Source of the DNA: Candidatus Latescibacterota bacterium
GTDB taxonomy: Bacteria; Latescibacterota; UBA2968
Direction of reading: 5' to 3'
Length of the DNA stretch: 64,000 bases
NCBI GenBank assembly: GCA_965222605.1
Contig: OZ244960.1
Location: 2,752,001 to 2,816,000, forward strand
This document shows, in pieces, positions 27,186 through 36,219 of this stretch (position 1 is the stretch's first letter; each line of letters begins with the position of its first letter). The translations under genes were made by a program, and so were the position numbers. The notes under the pieces are model-generated. The model was not told the origin of the DNA, ran no database searches, and saw only the letters and a list, made by a program, of their open reading frames with translations.

Positions 27186-28733
27186 TCACGCACATACGAC
27201 CTCAAAGGCGGTTATATTGCGGGTATCCTTGCTGAATTCTACGCCGATCAGGTGAATAGGCTGGTCCAGACCGCGATATTTGTCCGCATATCCCTTTGCT
27301 TGCAATTGCGCCATCGCCGCACCATCAGACGCCAGTTCCACCACTTTGAACTCGAACAGGTAGATATTATCGTTGAAGTGTACAGCCATATCCACACGTC
27401 CATGGCTGCTGCTATCCTCTACCGTGATATTTAGACCCAATCCCGCGAAATAGGAATAGAACACGCTGGCATAGTAGCCCTCAAAATTGGCGATGTCGTT
27501 GTTGGTGTACCACTCATAAGGAATACTGGCAAAAAAGGCGTGGAATAAGGTCTCGAGACCGGCAAAGTCGTTGGCTTCCAGCAGGCGGTAAAGTTGGACG
27601 CTATTCGCCATCTGGCTCGACGGGTCTTTCACCAGGTAGCGCAATAGGCTTCGGTTGAGGCTCTGGCGCACCTCCCGATTGGGATAACTTAGACGGTACA
27701 GGGATTCGCCGCCCAGGTTCTCCTCACCGGTAATAGTCAGGTACCCGGTCTGAAACAACAGGGCCTCGGTCGCGATTTCATCCACATCAAAGGTCGATAG
27801 CAAGTCGTTACTGCCGATCATCTCGTCGAGTTTCAAGGAACTGACACGGCGTTTGAACAGGGTCTCGATGAGGAAGGTGGGCGTGCCTGTCTCGAACCAG
27901 TAGGCTCCGAACTCGCGGCTGTCGAAGAGCAGAAGGATATCGAAGGGGTTATAGACCTTCTCCTGGCCCCGCCAGCTATAGCCATTGTACCAGCGGCGTA
28001 TCTCCTCCCTGTCCAGACCGGGAAGCTCGGGCGCGAACACCGTGTCCAGATCTGCATCGGTATAGCCACAGATAGCCGAGTAGCGCGCATCCAGCGTGAT
28101 ATCCTTGAGATTGTTGAGGCCGGAGAACAGATGTACCTTGGAGAACTTGCTGACGCCAGTGAGGAATGTGAATTTGATATGGGCATCATTGGACTTGATC
28201 GTCGAATACAGACCGCGCAGAAAGTCGCGGTTGGCACGGGCGACTTCAGGCTCATCCAGCACATCCAGAATTGGTTTGTCGTATTCGTCAATGAGAACAG
28301 CCACGCGCTGTCCCGCCTGGCTATGCAACATCTGGATGATATGGCGAAAGCGTGCTGAAACAGTATCGTAGTGGCTTTCTACGCCTGTTTCTTTTTCTAC
28401 AGCGTCCAGTTGTGCCATAACCTCTTTGTGCAAGATCTCCGGCTCATTAAAGTTGCCGCTACCGAAGTCGAGGCGCAGGACGGGATAGCGAACCTGCCAG
28501 TCCCAGTGGTCGTGGATATGAAGCCCTTCGAACAGCGGTTCATTGCCCTCAAACAGTTCCTTCAGCGTATCCAGAAACAGGCTTTTGCCAAAGCGCCGTG
28601 GACGCGATAAAAAGTAGTGCGTGCCCTCGTCCATCAGTCGCCGTATATGGGCAGTTTTATCGACATAGTAGCAGTTTTCCTCCCGAATTTTGCGGAAGGT
28701 CTGAATGCCGATGGGCAGTCTGCGTCTGGTCAT
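27186..28733 (-). CDS. AAA-family ATPase with C-terminal PD-(D/E)XK nuclease
   Basis: LPIGIQTF, YYVDKT, RPRRFGKS, LIDEYDKP, YWFETG, GRVDM...FEFK. Confidence 0.93.
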   Translation of the reverse strand: MTRRRLPIGIQTFRKIREENCYYVDKTAHIRRLMDEGTHYFLSRPRRFGKSLFLDTLKELFEGNEPLFEGLHIHDHWDWQVRYPVLRLDFGSGNFNEPEILHKEVMAQLDAVEKETGVESHYDTVSARFRHIIQMLHSQAGQRVAVLIDEYDKPILDVLDEPEVARANRDFLRGLYSTIKSNDAHIKFTFLTGVSKFSKVHLFSGLNNLKDITLDARYSAICGYTDADLDTVFAPELPGLDREEIRRWYNGYSWRGQEKVYNPFDILLLFDSREFGAYWFETGTPTFLIETLFKRRVSSLKLDEMIGSNDLLSTFDVDEIATEALLFQTGYLTITGEENLGGESLYRLSYPNREVRQSLNRSLLRYLVKDPSSQMANSVQLYRLLEANDFAGLETLFHAFFASIPYEWYTNNDIANFEGYYASVFYSYFAGLGLNITVEDSSSHGRVDMAVHFNDNIYLFEFKVVELASDGAAMAQLQAKGYADKYRGLDQPIHLIGVEFSKDTRNITAFEVVCA

Positions 28734-29131
28734 GGTTCCCCCTGTATTTTGTCAGCAGGCGCAGGTCTTGCAGGTCTTCGCGCAGATACGCAATGCCCCA
28801 GTGGATATTATCTGAGGATGTGGTCGTTTGAGATTCGGGTGTTTCGGCCAGGGTAGATTTTTCTCTCTGGATAAAGGGATTGACTTCTTGTGAAGAAGAT
28901 ATGCCATCACAGCAAAAAGTCAATGGACTATATGGGGGTTGGAGGCTGGGGAAGTGTGATCCACATTGAGTTGATCCCCGATTGATCTGGTGAACCATAG
29001 TGTCAAAACGCTGATTGTTCTGCCCAATCAGCATTTTCAACCAGGTCAACGCGATATCGTGTCGGTGAACCTTTGTTTTCTTTCTTTCACCTCACGCCTC
29101 GCTCTGGCGGGTCTGCGCGATTCCTAACTAA

Positions 29132-30946
29132 TCACTTTATCTTCCACTCCATCCGTCCGCGAGAAATATAATCCTTTGTCTCCCATTCCTCACGGATTAT
29201 GCCTCGCTCTTTCTCCTCTACTGCTGGCTTCGACACTCCAAATCGCACCTCAACCCCTCTGCTCTGAAGGGCTGGAATGTGCGTGTTAATAGATGTACTG
29301 CTCAACGGATTGCTTTTCAAATCAACCGTGTCTCCACTGCCCAATCCCGTATTTGCCACCAATGGCGAAATATCCGAGATGCTGTTGCGGACAAGATATA
29401 GGTATGTCAGGTTTGTCAAGTTGGAGAGGACAGATATATCCGAGATGCTGTTGCCGCTAAGATACAGCCTGTCCAGGTTCGTCAAGTTGGAGAGGACAGA
29501 TATATCCGAGATACTGTTATCCCTAAGATACAGCCTGTCCAGGTTCGTCAAGTTGGACAGCGAGGATATATCCGAGATACTGCTGTCGCCAAGATGCAGC
29601 CAGGTCAGGTTCGTCAAGTTGGACAGTGCTGATATATCCGAGATACTGTTGGAGGTAAGATGCAGCCAGGTCAGGTTCGTCAAGTTGGACAGTGCTGATA
29701 TATCCGTGATATTGTTGTCCCAAAGATTCAGACTTTCCAGATTCGTCAAGTTGGACAGTGCTGATATATCCGAGATATTGTTGTCCCAAAGATTCAGACT
29801 TTCCAGATTCGTCAAGTTGGACAGTGCTGATATATCCGAGATACTGTTGTCGCCAAGATGCAGCCAGGTCAGGTTCGTCAAGTTGGACAGTGCTGATATA
29901 TCCGAGATACTGTTGGAGGTAAGACTAAGGTATGTCAGGTTCGTCAAGTTGGAGAGGGGCGAGAGGTTAGATATATCGTTGCTGTTGACCAACTCATCAT
30001 TCACCCTCACACGACTAAGCCCCAGCCTTTGCAAATTGGTTGCATGCTCAAGTCCTGTCAGATTGCGAATACCCTTATTGTACGCGTCAATGCGTGTCAA
30101 AGTCGCCATCTCAGCCCGGGTAATTGACGCATTACGCGCCTTGCCGAGACTGTCTGCGATCACCGCACGCAGGTTCGCATCTGAAATGGTCACAGTCGCA
30201 CCGCCACTGCTACTGCCACCGCCACCACCACCGCCAGAGGACGGCACTTGACTGCCGAAGTTATCGACAAAGATCAGAAAGTCTGGAATACCAATCACGC
30301 CATTCTCATCCAGATCATACTTCGCGTCATAGCCCGCACCACCACGACTTGTCCCAAAATGATTTACAAATTCCAAAAAGTCGGGAATACCAACTGTCCC
30401 ATCGCCATCAAAGTCTGGGGAAGGTGCCGTAGAAACTTGCAACTCGACGCGAGCAGTCAGCGTCACGGTCTCAAATCGTCCACCTCGGCTGAGTTCGGCA
30501 CGTACCAACCGAATTGTTGTGCCCGAAAACGCGGCTGTCGTGCGAAAGCGTATCGTGCCCAATAGACCGCTGTTGGCAGTTGCTTGACCACCACCCAAAG
30601 ACACGATGCCGATCTCCACATAAGTGGGATTTGTGCCCTGCTCTGGCAGTGCCTGAGCATTTGGCAAGACATCGCCGGCATCAAAGCCTTCATACACAAC
30701 CTGACCCGCGTCATATTCAAAGCGCACCGCAAGGCCGTTCGCATTTTGTATATCCTTTCCGAAGATCTGAATAGTAACAATCTGATCAGCGGACACATTA
30801 AGGGATGTAACCGCCTGATCGCCCGTCGCACCATTTACATCCAGCGAAAGAGAAAAACTATTCTGCGCCGAGAGAGACAGCGGGTATATCAGAAGTGCGA
30901 GTGTTGATAAGGTTGATAGAATCAGTTTACACATCGGGTCCTCCAT
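29132..30946 (-). CDS. Secreted cohesin-like + dockerin/EF-hand + internalin-type leucine-rich-repeat protein
   Basis: Signal peptide; beta-sandwich with RFEYDAGQV; duplicated DFDGDGTVGIPDF / DLDENGVIGIPDF; Gly/Ser linker; 22-aa LRRs. Confidence 0.88.
   Translation of the reverse strand: MEDPMCKLILSTLSTLALLIYPLSLSAQNSFSLSLDVNGATGDQAVTSLNVSADQIVTIQIFGKDIQNANGLAVRFEYDAGQVVYEGFDAGDVLPNAQALPEQGTNPTYVEIGIVSLGGGQATANSGLLGTIRFRTTAAFSGTTIRLVRAELSRGGRFETVTLTARVELQVSTAPSPDFDGDGTVGIPDFLEFVNHFGTSRGGAGYDAKYDLDENGVIGIPDFLIFVDNFGSQVPSSGGGGGGGSSSGGATVTISDANLRAVIADSLGKARNASITRAEMATLTRIDAYNKGIRNLTGLEHATNLQRLGLSRVRVNDELVNSNDISNLSPLSNLTNLTYLSLTSNSISDISALSNLTNLTWLHLGDNSISDISALSNLTNLESLNLWDNNISDISALSNLTNLESLNLWDNNITDISALSNLTNLTWLHLTSNSISDISALSNLTNLTWLHLGDSSISDISSLSNLTNLDRLYLRDNSISDISVLSNLTNLDRLYLSGNSISDISVLSNLTNLTYLYLVRNSISDISPLVANTGLGSGDTVDLKSNPLSSTSINTHIPALQSRGVEVRFGVSKPAVEEKERGIIREEWETKDYISRGRMEWKIK
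29345..29982 (-). repeat. Intragenic 66-bp tandem repeats (LRR units)
   Basis: About 9-10 near-identical units of xxLxLxxNxISDISaLSNLTNL. Confidence 0.95.
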
Positions 30947-31026
30947 GAGTTACAAATTTTAAAGCTGATCGCTGACTGCTTTTTGGCGGTGTTGAGTGCC
31001 TCCTTACCTCTCCCGTCTCACCGCCT

Positions 31027-31713
31027 TTAATTATTAATCGCCTGTCGCGTCGCTTCCAGGAACGTTTCGTAGTTCCGAGTACCAACAAACTTGCTGACAA
31101 TCTCACCTTTGGCGTTCAGGAACACCGAGGTAGGATAGGCTGAGACCTCATACGCATTGCGCGCTTCTCCCGTCGAGTCGAGAACAAAAGTCCAGGTATA
31201 GCCGTATTGTGTGATAAAACGCAGTTCCTGGCTACGCGTGTCTCCTACGCCAATGCCGACGATATGGATAGAGCCACTCATAGTATTTTGCAACTTTTGT
31301 ATATCGGGCATTTCAGCAATACAGGGACCACACCAGGTTCCCCAGAAGTTGAGGAACACGGGTTTGCCGCGTTGTTCCTGTAGATTGAACGATTCGCCAA
31401 TGAGGGTTCTCAGCGTGAAGTCGGGGGCTTGCATCCCAACTTGAATGCCAATGGGAGCATCGGTGGTTGGCGGGGGGGTTGTGACTGTCTGCCCGTAGAA
31501 TTGGGCAAAAATGATAAAGTCCCGAAAATTGACTGTGCCATCCCCATTCAAGTCAAACGGAGTCTGGTTTGTCCCATATCCCTGTGAGAATGCGACAAAA
31601 TCGGCAAAATCCACTTTGCCGCTATTATTAAAATCGCAATCTGCTGCGGTTGGTGCTGCGTGTACATAGGCAGGTAGGAGCAGGAAACTCAATGTTATTA
31701 CATACTTAAACAT
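31027..31713 (-). CDS. Secreted dockerin/EF-hand + TlpA/redoxin disulfide oxidoreductase
   Basis: RBS AGGAGG, signal peptide, DFNNSGKVDFADF / DLNGDGTVNFRDF, APDFTL, FWGTWCGPC. Confidence 0.88.
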   Translation of the reverse strand: MFKYVITLSFLLLPAYVHAAPTAADCDFNNSGKVDFADFVAFSQGYGTNQTPFDLNGDGTVNFRDFIIFAQFYGQTVTTPPPTTDAPIGIQVGMQAPDFTLRTLIGESFNLQEQRGKPVFLNFWGTWCGPCIAEMPDIQKLQNTMSGSIHIVGIGVGDTRSQELRFITQYGYTWTFVLDSTGEARNAYEVSAYPTSVFLNAKGEIVSKFVGTRNYETFLEATRQAINN

Positions 31714-31738
31714 GGCATACCTCCTGAAAAATGGTTCA

Positions 31739-33406
31739 TTATCCACTGACGGGCTTACCATACGCCCCAGCAAATAGCACAAAATCGGAAAACCCAACCC
31801 GACCATCGCCGTCGAGATCAAATTTGGAATCGAAGGTCGCCTGTCCACTGCGCGTGCCATACGCCCCGGCAAACAACACAAAGTCTGAGAATCCAACGCG
31901 CCCATTGCCATCAAAGTCGGGTGAGGGCGCGCTACTGCCACTACGCGGGAGGGGGATGAGTTGTGCGCGAAAATCACCTTCGGCATCGGTGAAGATGTTG
32001 AGGGTGACTTGTGGCTGGTTACTCGTCAGGCGCAAATAGGCCACGGAGAGCGGTTTGATATCTAAACGGACAGATGGTGTCTCAGGTGAGATTGAAAATT
32101 CCCTGGGTGATGTTGCGTTTTGCAAAAAGGGCGGGGTGTAGTTGAGTGTCTTATTGAGGCCCGTTCCGTTCAAGAACAGGCGAGATAGATGGCGGTCAAA
32201 TATGGGGTGAAAGGGTTCGCCAGTTGCCTGTTCGACATTGCCGATGCCGATATTGGCGGTTTGCACCAGCCGAGACAGGACATCGTCACCAAAGTCTTCC
32301 ATGAGGCTACGGGCAAAGAGATAGGCTGCTCCGCGAATCCCAGTGCTAAAGACCGCAGGTCCCGTCAGAGAATAATGATGCGGCTCGTCGCGGTATCGGC
32401 TGATCAGATTGCGGTTGCCACCCTGTGTATGCCGTCCGATCAAATCTTCGCAAACATGGGACATGGCCTCGTTGAGCCAGGATTCTTCGCAGCGGCCGTT
32501 TCGCAAGAGTACATGTTGATTACAACTGATGAGGTGTTGAAATTCATGCGCCAGCAAGGATTGGTAATACGCTGAACTCGATATGGTGGGGCTAAGATAC
32601 ATTAAGTCGGCCATGTTGCCATTGCCCCCTCGATTTTGAGGCAGTACCGAACGGATGGTGTAAAAACCCGCAATCCCACTGACATTGTGATACGGATATT
32701 CTCCACCCGACTGGATGGCGTGAACATCAGCGGAACCGCTACCCGCATTGTCAACTCGCGAGGTGTAGAGGAAGTGGACTTTGCCATCGTTATCTACATC
32801 GGATTCCTCGCCAAAGATAGATGTGGCAATGGGATACGCCTCTGTGCTAAAGTGGTCGAGGTGTGCCTGGATACGCGCGGTGTGCAGTTTGCCGGTATCG
32901 GCGATGTCGAGATACCCATGGGCATGGGCGCTGGTCGCAACAAGGGTCGCTGTGATGGTGGTGTCGTCTTCTGGCTTGCCAAAACTGAAGACGTACTGGC
33001 GGGTGCTGCCAATCTGTTGCTGAACCGCTGCCTTGGCAGCCACGGGCTGATATCCTCCGGTTTGTTGCAGACGGCGCGCAATAGCGCAGTCTGCTTGCCG
33101 AAGCTGATATTCCAGTCGGTCGCGCTCCGTGGGCATTGCCCGGTGTGTGGGTCTGTCTGCGTAAAATACCGGGGGTTTGGACGCGCCAAATGCACCCGTG
33201 ACAACAAAGTTAAAGGTGCGGTTATAATCGGTTTCATCCGTTTTGAACGAATAGAGGATGAGTTCGTAGTCGTGCGTGGAAAAATCGAGGGTGAGCACGG
33301 TTGGTCTGTTCGAGACATCAACTGCGAAAGGCACACCACTTTCCTGGGCAAAGAGCGACTGCGAGATAATGAAGAACAATGTGAAAAAACATATCAAGCG
33401 GTTCAT
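31739..33406 (-). CDS. Secreted zinc metallopeptidase (M30/gluzincin-like) with C-terminal dockerin/EF-hand
   Basis: LAHEFQHL...WLNEAMS; DFDGNGRVGFSDF / DLDGDGRVGFSDF. Confidence 0.85.
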   Translation of the reverse strand: MNRLICFFTLFFIISQSLFAQESGVPFAVDVSNRPTVLTLDFSTHDYELILYSFKTDETDYNRTFNFVVTGAFGASKPPVFYADRPTHRAMPTERDRLEYQLRQADCAIARRLQQTGGYQPVAAKAAVQQQIGSTRQYVFSFGKPEDDTTITATLVATSAHAHGYLDIADTGKLHTARIQAHLDHFSTEAYPIATSIFGEESDVDNDGKVHFLYTSRVDNAGSGSADVHAIQSGGEYPYHNVSGIAGFYTIRSVLPQNRGGNGNMADLMYLSPTISSSAYYQSLLAHEFQHLISCNQHVLLRNGRCEESWLNEAMSHVCEDLIGRHTQGGNRNLISRYRDEPHHYSLTGPAVFSTGIRGAAYLFARSLMEDFGDDVLSRLVQTANIGIGNVEQATGEPFHPIFDRHLSRLFLNGTGLNKTLNYTPPFLQNATSPREFSISPETPSVRLDIKPLSVAYLRLTSNQPQVTLNIFTDAEGDFRAQLIPLPRSGSSAPSPDFDGNGRVGFSDFVLFAGAYGTRSGQATFDSKFDLDGDGRVGFSDFVLFAGAYGKPVSG

Positions 33407-33513
33407 GGTCTTCCTCCGTTCACTGCGCCCTCGTTCTCTGCGTGGGGCGTGCGCGGTTCTATCTCCTCAACTCCGGTCAGGTGCCCGGTATTCACCATCG
33501 AACTGTCCCGGGT

Positions 33514-33760
33514 TTACGAACCGAACGCTTTCACAAACAGAAAAAAATCGGCGGAATCCACCGTTCCGCTGCCGTCGAGGTCAAAGCACGCGTCAGTACC
33601 GCCATACGCATCCACAAACAGAAAAAAATCGGCGAAATCGGTTCGCCCCGTCGCCGTTGAAATCGGTGGATACTGCAGGGCGAGGTGACCCGCCGCTGCG
33701 GGTCTATGTCGTCTGCGTCAACGTCGCCATCGCCATCAAAGTCAACCCGCAGCACGGGGT
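33514..33760 (-). pseudogene. Frameshifted dockerin/EF-hand gene remnant
   Basis: STDFNGDG /+1 at GGGG/ RTDFADFFLFVDAYGGTDACFDLDGSGTVDSADFFLFVKAFGS*. Confidence 0.7.
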
Positions 33761-33858
33761 AACTCCAGTCCCAGGCAGTTGTCGCTTTAGGGATGCGAAA
33801 AACACGCTATCGTGATCCCGTCAAGGTTCACTTTCAACATTTAGCCACAGCGGCAGCA

Positions 33859-33934
33859 GCCATAAAAACGACCGAGTGAAAACCCGCATCCATTATTTCT
33901 TGAATCAGAGTACGAACTTCCTGCCCGGGCAGAT
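33859..33934 (-). pseudogene. Degenerate FlgD-Ig-tail remnant paralogous to 35177-35253
   Basis: Encodes GQEVRTLIQEIMDAGFHSVV versus GQEVRTLVQETMDAGFHSVV. Confidence 0.7.
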
Positions 33935-34122
33935 ATTTGGTTTATCAACTATTTTTTTCGGTGGTGGTTAGGCAAACAGGAATTTCTTTAAAACTGTTCA
34001 CACTATTGTTATGTGCATCTCTTTGCAAAAAACTACTTGCAGAAATATATGGACGCTATCTACATTGAAGTTCGTTGCTTTTTGAAAGCAAACTCCCATT
34101 ACACACAACGTGAGAAAGACCC

Positions 34123-34341
34123 ATGCAGATTCCGACACCACAAGACAAGTTCGCAGAATTTGACGCTCGCTTGTCTCGGATCGAGGGCATTGTTGAGCAA
34201 ATTGACAAGCGTTTGTCCAGTCTTGAAACGCGCATGGCAAATCTTGAGATTGGTCAGCGTTGGATTGTGGGGTTGCTCTTTACACTTCTCATTGCCAATG
34301 TCGGCGCGACCATCACAATCGTTTTAACACTTTCCAAATAA
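34123..34341 (+). CDS. Small coiled-coil protein with C-terminal TM anchor
   Basis: RLSRIEGIVEQIDKRLSSLETRMANLE then WIVGLLFTLLIANVG. Confidence 0.65.
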   Translation: MQIPTPQDKFAEFDARLSRIEGIVEQIDKRLSSLETRMANLEIGQRWIVGLLFTLLIANVGATITIVLTLSK

Positions 34342-34997
34342 GTGGGTTTGAACCAGCACACGCCGACCCCTGTCTGCCGCAGGCAGGCTTTTGCAGCCGC
34401 ACTTTCGGCAAGCGTCACCCACTTAATGCCAAGCGTAAACTCCCGACCCGTAACATCCGCGACAGTAGAAAACTCGGCGCGCCCTATAAAACCAGACTCC
34501 GGCAAAGTAACAGGCGCAGTACCTGCAAAATATACAACCATCGGCTCTGTAATATCTGTAATAGCAAACAGAAACGCACTATTCTCGACCTTATCAAGCT
34601 TTAATTCTTCAGCTTTAAAATCAAATTCGATATTCACACCAATCAGCGGCGTAGTCACCCCCCTGGCGAAAACCTCAACCGCTATTTTCGTGCCCTGTCC
34701 AGAAACTGTGCCCGACGTGACGCCATCATCTATCTGATTGCCTGCCCCGCCATCGCCAATCAAATCAATCGACACCGTCGCATTTGAATTGGGACCAGCG
34801 GCAATTTTTGTGCTTCGACCGGATATCTTATCCGACGCAAAGCCGGTACCTATATCACCCCAGAATCCGCCATCGATTTTTAAGGTATTTGAGGGTCTAT
34901 CGGTAGCATTGAGGTCGGCGGCAACGTATAAGCCCCCTAAAATCAGCACTGTTAGCACACCCATCCATAACCCGGATTGCAAATAGTAACGCCTCAT
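34254..34997 (-). CDS. Secreted cohesin-like protein, probably 3'-truncated
   Basis: RBS AAGGAGG; SIDLIGDGGAGNQIDD...IAVEVFA...IEFDF...RAEFST; tail runs antisense into the 34123 gene. Confidence 0.6.
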   Translation of the reverse strand: MRRYYLQSGLWMGVLTVLILGGLYVAADLNATDRPSNTLKIDGGFWGDIGTGFASDKISGRSTKIAAGPNSNATVSIDLIGDGGAGNQIDDGVTSGTVSGQGTKIAVEVFARGVTTPLIGVNIEFDFKAEELKLDKVENSAFLFAITDITEPMVVYFAGTAPVTLPESGFIGRAEFSTVADVTGREFTLGIKWVTLAESAAAKACLRQTGVGVCWFKPTYLESVKTIVMVAPTLAMRSVKSNPTIQR

Positions 34998-35077
34998 ATC
35001 TCCTCCTTATGGAAAACAATCATTTGCGTAGGTGTCCCCGTATTTACACCCGTACAGGCAGCGTAGCCCTTTCGCCA

Positions 35078-35884
35078 TTACTTCAACAACATCATGCGCT
35101 GAACTTGAGAAAAATCGCCCACACTCATGCGATAAACATAAATACCACTGGCTACTTGCTTGCCAAATTCATCTGTGCCATCCCAAACGACCGAATGAAA
35201 ACCCGCATCCATTGTTTCTTGAACTAATGTCCGAACTTCCTGCCCGAGCAGATTGTAGATCACCAATTGGACATCACCCGCTTCGGGCAACCGATATTCA
35301 ATTGTCGTGGAAGGGTTAAAAGGATTCGGGACATTTTGTCCAAGGGCGTAATCTCTGGGCATGGGCTTGAGGGCACCAATTTCAATATTGGTGATCGCAT
35401 CAATCCCACCAGCCAAATCAACCATCACACCGTCGAGAATTTGAAAATCAGAGGCAAGCGGTGTATGTGTGGTCTTAAACGTAAACTCAACCAAACTACC
35501 GTCGCCGCTGACCGCCTGACCATCAACCTTCATGGCACCAACAGCCACTTGCCCTGGCGTCTTGTTAGACGCGAGAAAAAGCGCGGGTTGCCCGCTGTTC
35601 ACATCGAGCAGATTTTGATCGACCTGACGTGCTTCGACAAATTCATACTTGGATTGATCGTACTGTAGCACAAAGCCATAACCCTTTAATTTCTGCGCGT
35701 GATTGATAGCGATCTGCAACTTCAAAACGCCATCTTCGGCAACAATATTTTGCGCGCGTTTCAGCACCAGACTTGCCAGGCTATTCTCGCCACCCGTAAA
35801 TTCTATACCCTGTGTCAGAGGTCCAGCAATGGCCGAGCCAACCAGCCCCAGCCCTAAACATGTGGCAATAATCAAACGTTTCAT
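35078..35884 (-). CDS. Secreted cohesin-like protein with C-terminal FlgD-Ig / T9SS-like sorting tail
   Basis: Signal peptide; LKGYGFVLQYD; LGQNVPNPFNPSTTIEY...IYNLLGQEVRTL...WDG...ASGIY...MMLLK. Confidence 0.88.
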   Translation of the reverse strand: MKRLIIATCLGLGLVGSAIAGPLTQGIEFTGGENSLASLVLKRAQNIVAEDGVLKLQIAINHAQKLKGYGFVLQYDQSKYEFVEARQVDQNLLDVNSGQPALFLASNKTPGQVAVGAMKVDGQAVSGDGSLVEFTFKTTHTPLASDFQILDGVMVDLAGGIDAITNIEIGALKPMPRDYALGQNVPNPFNPSTTIEYRLPEAGDVQLVIYNLLGQEVRTLVQETMDAGFHSVVWDGTDEFGKQVASGIYVYRMSVGDFSQVQRMMLLK

Positions 35885-36219
35885 GATGCTTCCTCCTGTT
35901 GAAAAATGTTCTACGACTTACCCACTGATGTGACACTATCATCTATATCAAAAGAGCGATATATCATACCATTGCTATAAATATGAGAGAAACAAGATAA
36001 GAGAGGCAAGTCGTAAGGTTTGTCCTGCTGTTCAGAATTTGTCCCAGTTTCCTTTTTTTGGGCTATATGGCTGGATTATCCCCCTACTTTACTTTCTAAG
36101 CCTTGTTAAAAATCGATAAGGACGTAAATCCACACTGATAGGCAATTTCTGAATTTGGAGATCATAAAGCGATTGAGTATCTTAAATAATTTCTATCGAA
36201 TCTATTCACAGGAGGTTAT

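Noticed and set aside
29345-29982. 66-bp periodic array as a possible CRISPR
   Set aside because: It is in-frame coding LRR sequence; there are no unique spacers and no cas genes
29277-30251. 324-aa repetitive plus-strand ORF
   Set aside because: Antisense reading of the LRR repeats; stop-free only because the unit is repeated
27095-35253. FlgD-tail copies as a DGR template/variable repeat pair
   Set aside because: No reverse transcriptase in the window, and the differences are not adenine-specific
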